Positions 57,356 through 64,000 of a DNA stretch of 64,000 nt are shown here, in pieces (within the stretch, counting starts at the first letter, position 1; every line of letters starts with the position of its first letter). Origin of the DNA: Verrucomicrobiota bacterium (GTDB lineage: Bacteria > Verrucomicrobiota > Verrucomicrobiia > Limisphaerales > UBA1096); contig JACNJE010000133.1 of the NCBI GenBank assembly GCA_014382705.1, forward strand, positions 15,964 through 79,963, written 5' to 3'. The notes under the pieces were generated by a model that saw nothing but the letters and a program-made list of their open reading frames with translations, was not told the origin of the DNA and searched no databases. Made by a program: the position numbers and the translations under genes.

Positions 57356-57371
57356 CGCTTGGCCAAGCAGC

Positions 57372-59549
57372 TCAACCAGCGGCTTTGTTCAGGGCGCTCA
57401 GGACGATATCGGGAGTCAGCAACTCGGGCAGCATCTCCGGTTGTGATGTTTTGTCGCGCGGAAAAACCAGCACCAGTGGCACACCCGCCCTGCCCCGGCG
57501 GTGCAGTTCTTTCGTAATATAATCCGGTCGGCGCGTGTAGTCGGCCCGGAACACCTTAAAATTTTTCTTCGCCAACAGGGTGCGCACCGACTCGATGTCG
57601 AGGCTCGTTTTTTTGTTGGCAATGCAGGTGAGGCACCACTTGGCCGTGAAGTCCACCAGCACCGGTTGGCCCGCTTCGCGCGCCTCGGCCACGGCCTCCA
57701 GTGACCAGCGGTGCCAACGGATGCCGCCGGGGAAATCCTGCACCACGTCGGCCTTGGCCTGTGACGGATCAACCGGCGTTCGCCACTGCATCTGCCCCTC
57801 GAGGCCGAACACGACCCCGCCCAACGCCAGCGCCCCAGCGATGCCTAGCGCCAAGCCGCGCCGCTTGATGCCGCGCTGAAAAAACTCGCCGAACACCCAA
57901 GCGGCCATCGCAATCACGGTCAGGAAAATGCCGAACCACAATACCCGGCCGCCGTAATAGTCGATGCTCACCGTGAACAGCCAAATGCCCGTGGCCAACA
58001 TCGGGAAACCCATCGCCACCTTGAATCGCTCCATCCACGACCCCGGCTTGGGCAGGAAACGCAGCAGCTTGGGGTTCCAACTCAGCACGACGTACGGGAA
58101 CGCGAGGCCAAGCGCGACGGTGACAAACATCAGCACGATCACGGCGGCGGTTTGCGTGAAGGCAAAGCCCAGCGCCGGCGCGAGGAACGGTGCCGTGCAA
58201 GGCGTCGCCAAAACCGTGGCCAGCACGCCGTTGAAAAACGCGCCCCCTGCCCCCTCCCGGCCCGCCACGGACCCGGCCGCAACGCCAACCGAGCCGAGCG
58301 TGACCTCAAACAGGCCGAACAGATTCAGCGCCACCAGCAGGATGAGGACGGTCAGCAACACGACGAACTGCGGGTTCGACATCTGCATGCCCCAGCTTGC
58401 CAGTTCGCCCGCGCTCTTCACGCCGATCACCACGCCGGCCAGCACCAAAAACGACACGACCACCCCCGCGCCGTACAGCATTCCGAGCAGCCGCACGCGC
58501 GCCGGCGACTCCCTGCTTTGGTTGACGAACCCGAGAATCTTCAGCGAGATCACCGGCAGCACACACGGCATGACGTTCAAAATCAGTCCGCCGATGAAGG
58601 CGTACAGCAACATCCGCCAGAGCGGCCTGTCGGCTCCGGGCGGGGTCTGCAAAACCGTCGTCCCGGCATCGCCCGAGGTGAGGGTGTAGATCGGGAACTT
58701 GACCTCGAATGCTTCTGTCTTGTCGTGATCCTTCAGGTTGCGAACGGCCAAGCCGGAGACTTCGCTTGGCCAAGCGCCCTCAAACTTCATCACCGTTTTT
58801 TTGATGCGAACGTTTGCAGCGCCGGCGGCGGCCACCTCGCTTTCCGGCGACACCTCAAACCCGTCGGACGGCAGTGCGAAAAAATCGGCGTCGGTGCCCG
58901 CTTGGCCAGCGTCAAACTCGATCAGCAACGATCGCTCATCCTCCTTGGCCTCGCCATCCCACCGAGCGCTGACGGCCAACTTCGCATCGACTTTCGGGAG
59001 TTTCTGTTTTGCGGCATCCAGCTTGGCGGCGTCCGCCGAGCGTGCGTCTCTCCCTGCGATCGTCAACATTGCACTCACCTGCTGGTCGCGCGGGATGCAG
59101 AGTTCCTTGCACTCAAGCCAACTGACCTTGCCGGAGATCGTCGCTTGGCCAAGCGCGGCGTCAGCGCCGATGGTGAGCGGCACGAGCAGGATTGTTTTGT
59201 CGTGGTAACCGTAGCCGATCGAGCCAAGCGCGGTGAACTTCTCCGGCGTTGGCCACTGGATCGGCCCGGCACTCACGCCGTTGGGCAGCGTCCATTCGAC
59301 GTCGGTCGCGATGCCGGCCTCGCCGGGGTTGATCCAGTACGTGTGCCAGCCGTCGTCCATTGTCAACTCCAGCCCGGCCATCACCGTCGAGCCCGGCTTA
59401 GCCTCGGAGTGGGACAGCAGCAGCTTGGCCACGGTCGCCGGCTTGGCGATGCCGCCGGCCTGGCCGCCGCCGAACGGGTCGTCAAACTGCGCGTTGAGGT
59501 TGCCTGCAAGTGACAGCAGGAAAAGGTAACCGAGACCACTGGCTCTCAT
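57372..59549 (-). CDS. dsbD: Thiol:disulfide interchange protein DsbD-like
   Basis: Signal peptide, an N-terminal DsbD-alpha-like domain, a central TM domain with conserved Cys (NVMPCVLPV, LATPCTAPFL), and a C-terminal thioredoxin domain (WCLTC). Confidence 0.88.
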   Translation of the reverse strand: MRASGLGYLFLLSLAGNLNAQFDDPFGGGQAGGIAKPATVAKLLLSHSEAKPGSTVMAGLELTMDDGWHTYWINPGEAGIATDVEWTLPNGVSAGPIQWPTPEKFTALGSIGYGYHDKTILLVPLTIGADAALGQATISGKVSWLECKELCIPRDQQVSAMLTIAGRDARSADAAKLDAAKQKLPKVDAKLAVSARWDGEAKEDERSLLIEFDAGQAGTDADFFALPSDGFEVSPESEVAAAGAANVRIKKTVMKFEGAWPSEVSGLAVRNLKDHDKTEAFEVKFPIYTLTSGDAGTTVLQTPPGADRPLWRMLLYAFIGGLILNVMPCVLPVISLKILGFVNQSRESPARVRLLGMLYGAGVVVSFLVLAGVVIGVKSAGELASWGMQMSNPQFVVLLTVLILLVALNLFGLFEVTLGSVGVAAGSVAGREGAGGAFFNGVLATVLATPCTAPFLAPALGFAFTQTAAVIVLMFVTVALGLAFPYVVLSWNPKLLRFLPKPGSWMERFKVAMGFPMLATGIWLFTVSIDYYGGRVLWFGIFLTVIAMAAWVFGEFFQRGIKRRGLALGIAGALALGGVVFGLEGQMQWRTPVDPSQAKADVVQDFPGGIRWHRWSLEAVAEAREAGQPVLVDFTAKWCLTCIANKKTSLDIESVRTLLAKKNFKVFRADYTRRPDYITKELHRRGRAGVPLVLVFPRDKTSQPEMLPELLTPDIVLSALNKAAG

Positions 59550-59610
59550 CGCGGTTTAGGATGCCCTCGTGGCACGGCCTGTTCAATTCCCGACGGGCCA
59601 ATCGCCAATA

Positions 59611-61719
59611 TTATACAATCTCGGTCGGGCATTTTGGGAGGGAGTCGATGAAGATTTTTCCGTAGCGCTTGGTCAACACGCGGCTGTCGAGCACGACGAC
59701 GATGCCCTCGTCGCTCTTGGTGCGGATGAGCCGGCCGACGCCCTGCCGGAATTTCAGCACTGCCACCGGCAGCGAAAACTCCATGAACGGATTGCCGTCG
59801 CGAGCCTCGATTGCCTCGATCGCTGCCTCGACCAACGGATGATCCGGCACGGCAAACGGCAGCCGAGTGATGATGACATTTTGCAGCGCCTCACCCGGCA
59901 CGTCGACGCCCTGCCAAAAACTGTCCGTGCCGAACAGTACCGACTGCTCGTCGCGCTTGAACCGCTCAAGCATCGTCGAGCGCGGCACGCCGGCACCCTG
60001 CACGAGACAGTCCCAGCCGTGATCGGCGAAGAAGCCCTCAAGTTCCTCCGCCACCTCGCGCATCAGCTTGAAGTTGGTGAACAGCACGAAGGCGCGGCCA
60101 CCGCTCATTTCGATGAAGTGGCGGAGCTGCCCTGCGAGGGCATCGCGATATTCCGGCTCGCGCGGGTCCGGCATCTTGCCGGCGATGTACAGTTTCATCT
60201 GCCGCTCGTAGTCGAACGGCGAGCCGACCTGCAGTGCGTTGACCTGTTCCGCGCCGACTTGGCCAGCGAAATAATTGAGTCCGTTTTTTTGGGGTGAGGT
60301 GGTACTCGCCCCTCCCGAGGTGGAATCACTCAAGGCCAGGGTGGCGCTCGTCAGCACGACCGGCGAACTGCAGCGGAAGAGGCGACGGCGCAGATGAACC
60401 GCCACATCCACCGGCGCAGCGTTGAGCGACAAGGTCATCCCGGCCTTGCCGGATTTTTCCACCCAGTAAACGTGCTCGTCCGACGCCTGCGAGAGGAACA
60501 ACAGCACACCGTCACGCAGCTCGCCAACGCGCCGGTTGAACTCCGCCAACTCCTGCCCGGTGTCGGCGTCATCGATCCCGTCGCGGGCCTGAACCAGCGC
60601 CTCGCGCACCCGCTGGAGCGACAGCGTGAGCGTGTCGTCGACCAGACCGGGGTTGCGCACGCGCAACTCCTTCCAAATGCGGTTTTTGTTCCCGCCAAAT
60701 TTGCTGGCCTTGGCCTGCTTCTCGCCGAGTTCATCGCACGCCACCTCGAGTTCGCCGAAGAACTGCTCCATCGCTGCCGAGGCGTCCTCGACCATCCGCG
60801 TCGCCTTCGCCTCGCGCAGCAGGCCAAGCAGCCCCTTGTTGGTTTTCGGGTTCCACAGCCGCTGCAGGTTGAACCGAATCTGGCCGCTCGAGACGCTCAC
60901 GCCCATGTGCCTTGAAGCGACCGGGCCGACGTTGTGCGCCTCGTCGAGAATCACGAAATCGTTTTTGAACAGCACGCCCTCCTCCTCACGGGGCTCATCG
61001 TCGTCGCGCCCGTCGTCGCCGAGCAGGCTGAAAAACAAAGAATGGTTCAGCACCAGCACATCGGCGGAGAGAATCCGGCTGCGGGCACGTTGGTAAAAAC
61101 AGGTCTGCCCCGTTTTCCCAAAGTCGGAGCCGTGGCCGCACAGCTTGGTGGAGCAGAGGCCGCGCTCCGAGTTGACGAGGTCCCACACCTTCGGGTCGGG
61201 CGTGATGTCGAAATCGGACAGGCTGCCGTCGGTGGTCTCCTTCGCCCATTCGGTGATGCGTGCAAGTTCCTCAATCTCGGAGGAGGTCAGCAGTGTCGCC
61301 GCCTGTTGCCGCGCGCGCTGCAATCGCCGGGTGCAGAGATAGTTCCCACGGCCCTTGAGCATCGTGTAAGAAAACTCCACCGGCAGGATCTGTTTCAGCA
61401 TCGGCAGATCCTTCTCAGTGAGCTGCTCCTGCAGGTTGATCGTGTGGGTCGAGATGACTGCTTTTTTATTTTGGCCGACCGCGTGAAGGATGGCCGGGAC
61501 GAGATAGGCCAGGCTTTTGCCAACGCCGGTGCCGGCCTCGACGATGAGGTGCTCGCTACCCTTCAGCGCCTTGGCCACGGCGACAGCCATCTCCTGTTGC
61601 TCGGGTCGGAACTCGAAATTGTTCGCCTGCGACAACCGGCCGGTCTCGGAAAAAAACGCCTCGATCTCGACAACGAGGTCGAGCCCGGTGCTCTGCTCCT
61701 CATCGATGAACCGGATCAC
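59611..61719 (-). CDS. dinG: DinG/Rad3-type ATP-dependent DNA helicase
   Basis: Walker A AGTGVGKS and DEAH box (ILDEAHN). C-terminal helicase motifs (LFGTDSFWQGVD, ..RLIR). Confidence 0.88.
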   Translation of the reverse strand: MIRFIDEEQSTGLDLVVEIEAFFSETGRLSQANNFEFRPEQQEMAVAVAKALKGSEHLIVEAGTGVGKSLAYLVPAILHAVGQNKKAVISTHTINLQEQLTEKDLPMLKQILPVEFSYTMLKGRGNYLCTRRLQRARQQAATLLTSSEIEELARITEWAKETTDGSLSDFDITPDPKVWDLVNSERGLCSTKLCGHGSDFGKTGQTCFYQRARSRILSADVLVLNHSLFFSLLGDDGRDDDEPREEEGVLFKNDFVILDEAHNVGPVASRHMGVSVSSGQIRFNLQRLWNPKTNKGLLGLLREAKATRMVEDASAAMEQFFGELEVACDELGEKQAKASKFGGNKNRIWKELRVRNPGLVDDTLTLSLQRVREALVQARDGIDDADTGQELAEFNRRVGELRDGVLLFLSQASDEHVYWVEKSGKAGMTLSLNAAPVDVAVHLRRRLFRCSSPVVLTSATLALSDSTSGGASTTSPQKNGLNYFAGQVGAEQVNALQVGSPFDYERQMKLYIAGKMPDPREPEYRDALAGQLRHFIEMSGGRAFVLFTNFKLMREVAEELEGFFADHGWDCLVQGAGVPRSTMLERFKRDEQSVLFGTDSFWQGVDVPGEALQNVIITRLPFAVPDHPLVEAAIEAIEARDGNPFMEFSLPVAVLKFRQGVGRLIRTKSDEGIVVVLDSRVLTKRYGKIFIDSLPKCPTEIV

Positions 61720-62420
61720 CCGGCGGCCTCCCGTTTTTCGACCCCCGCCAGCTCGGTTTTGTGTTTGACCCAGCGCCTGTCCGGCAGCACGCCGGTGAAG
61801 GTGACGTTCGGGTACAGCAGGCAGTCCCGGCCGATGATCGCGCCGGGGTTGAGCACGGCGTTGCAGCCGATCTCGGTCCGGTCGCCGATCAACGCGCCAA
61901 ACTTGGCCAAGCCGCTGTCGAGCGTCCCGGAGGCCGTGCGGACGTTGACGTTGCCACGGATCAGCCGGTAGTTGGACAGCATCGCGCCGGCGCCGAGGTG
62001 GACGCGGTGGCCCAGTACGGAGTCGCCGACGTAGTTGAAGTGCGGCACGTCGCAGCCGTTGAACAGCACCGCGTTTTTCAACTCGACCGCGTGACCGACC
62101 ACGCAGTCGTCGCCAACAATCACGTTGCCGCGCAGCGTCGCCCCGTGGCCGATGCAGCAGTTGCGGCCGATCCAGGCCGGCCCACGGATCAGCGCCCCTG
62201 CCTCGATCACCGTGCCTTCGCCGACGAACACATCACCCTCGATCACCGCCTGGGCGTGCGCTTGGCCAAGCTGTGCCACCCGCAGGGTGTCGCGAAGATA
62301 GTCGCCGATGCGCGGGAGCACCTCCCACGCCTGGCCAAGCGAGTCGAACAGGCTCGTGTGCTCCGTCTGGCCAAGGTCGAACAACGCCTCGGCTCGGGGG
62401 ATGTGTGATGCGGACTCCAT
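61716..62420 (-). CDS. Left-handed beta-helix (hexapeptide repeat) transferase
   Basis: Runs of hexapeptide repeats (..IGHGATLRGNVIVGDDCVVGHAVELKNAVLFNGCDV..). Its stop overlaps the dinG start by 4 nt. The probable start is MESASHIP at 62420. Confidence 0.7.
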   Translation of the reverse strand: MESASHIPRAEALFDLGQTEHTSLFDSLGQAWEVLPRIGDYLRDTLRVAQLGQAHAQAVIEGDVFVGEGTVIEAGALIRGPAWIGRNCCIGHGATLRGNVIVGDDCVVGHAVELKNAVLFNGCDVPHFNYVGDSVLGHRVHLGAGAMLSNYRLIRGNVNVRTASGTLDSGLAKFGALIGDRTEIGCNAVLNPGAIIGRDCLLYPNVTFTGVLPDRRWVKHKTELAGVEKREAAG

Positions 62421-62478
62421 GTGCGCTTGGCCAAGTGGAAACAAAAAAGCCCTCCGGGTGGAAGGGCTTTTTGCCGGG

Positions 62479-64000
<1,522 letters not shown>

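Noticed and set aside
139-62434. The palindrome copies as termini of MITEs or IS elements, or as a dispersed REP-type extragenic element.
   Set aside because: No sequence is conserved beyond about 16 bp, and there are no paired copies at element-like distances with shared internal sequence. Most copies are intragenic and in frame, which does not fit classical MITE, IS or REP behaviour.

Overview
High-GC (roughly 60-65% by eye) bacterial chromosomal segment with about 55 densely packed protein genes. I found no rRNA, tRNA, CRISPR array, transposase or integrase. The gene content points to the PVC superphylum, most likely Verrucomicrobiota (inference): a prepilin-type N-terminal-methylation protein ([25 protein letters not shown]), a giant SGNH/dehydrogenase/HEAT/CxxCH protein, two formylglycine sulfatases, and FG-GAP and ankyrin proteins. 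Most genes are ordinary housekeeping or envelope functions: hflKC, korAB, thrH, type II glutamine synthetase, proC, eda, ptsN, argS, a uvrA-family gene, a DEAD-box helicase, dsbD, dinG and rpoD. The strongest signal is not a gene. A palindrome, (GCGC)TTGGCCAA(GCGC), occurs about 70 times as the exact octamer (hand count), where base composition predicts fewer than one copy. About three quarters of the copies lie inside genes, read almost only as L-A-K or L-G-Q. The rest are concentrated just downstream of stop codons, sometimes as 12-bp-register concatemers. This resembles cyanobacterial HIP1 or DNA uptake sequences in behaviour but not in sequence, and I know of no described element with this sequence. 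Secondary observations: (1) an S26 signal-peptidase homolog with Cys/Ser in place of the Ser/Lys catalytic dyad; (2) a NifS/IscS-like protein with Arg in place of the PLP-binding Lys; (3) two toxin-antitoxin loci where the antitoxin is intact and the toxin is broken (hicA frameshift, RelE/ParE-like nonsense codon); (4) two low-GC patches (hflKC, and an ankyrin/NTF2 islet with a 21-bp tandem repeat); (5) a few candidate structured RNA regions. All counts were made by eye and need computational confirmation.
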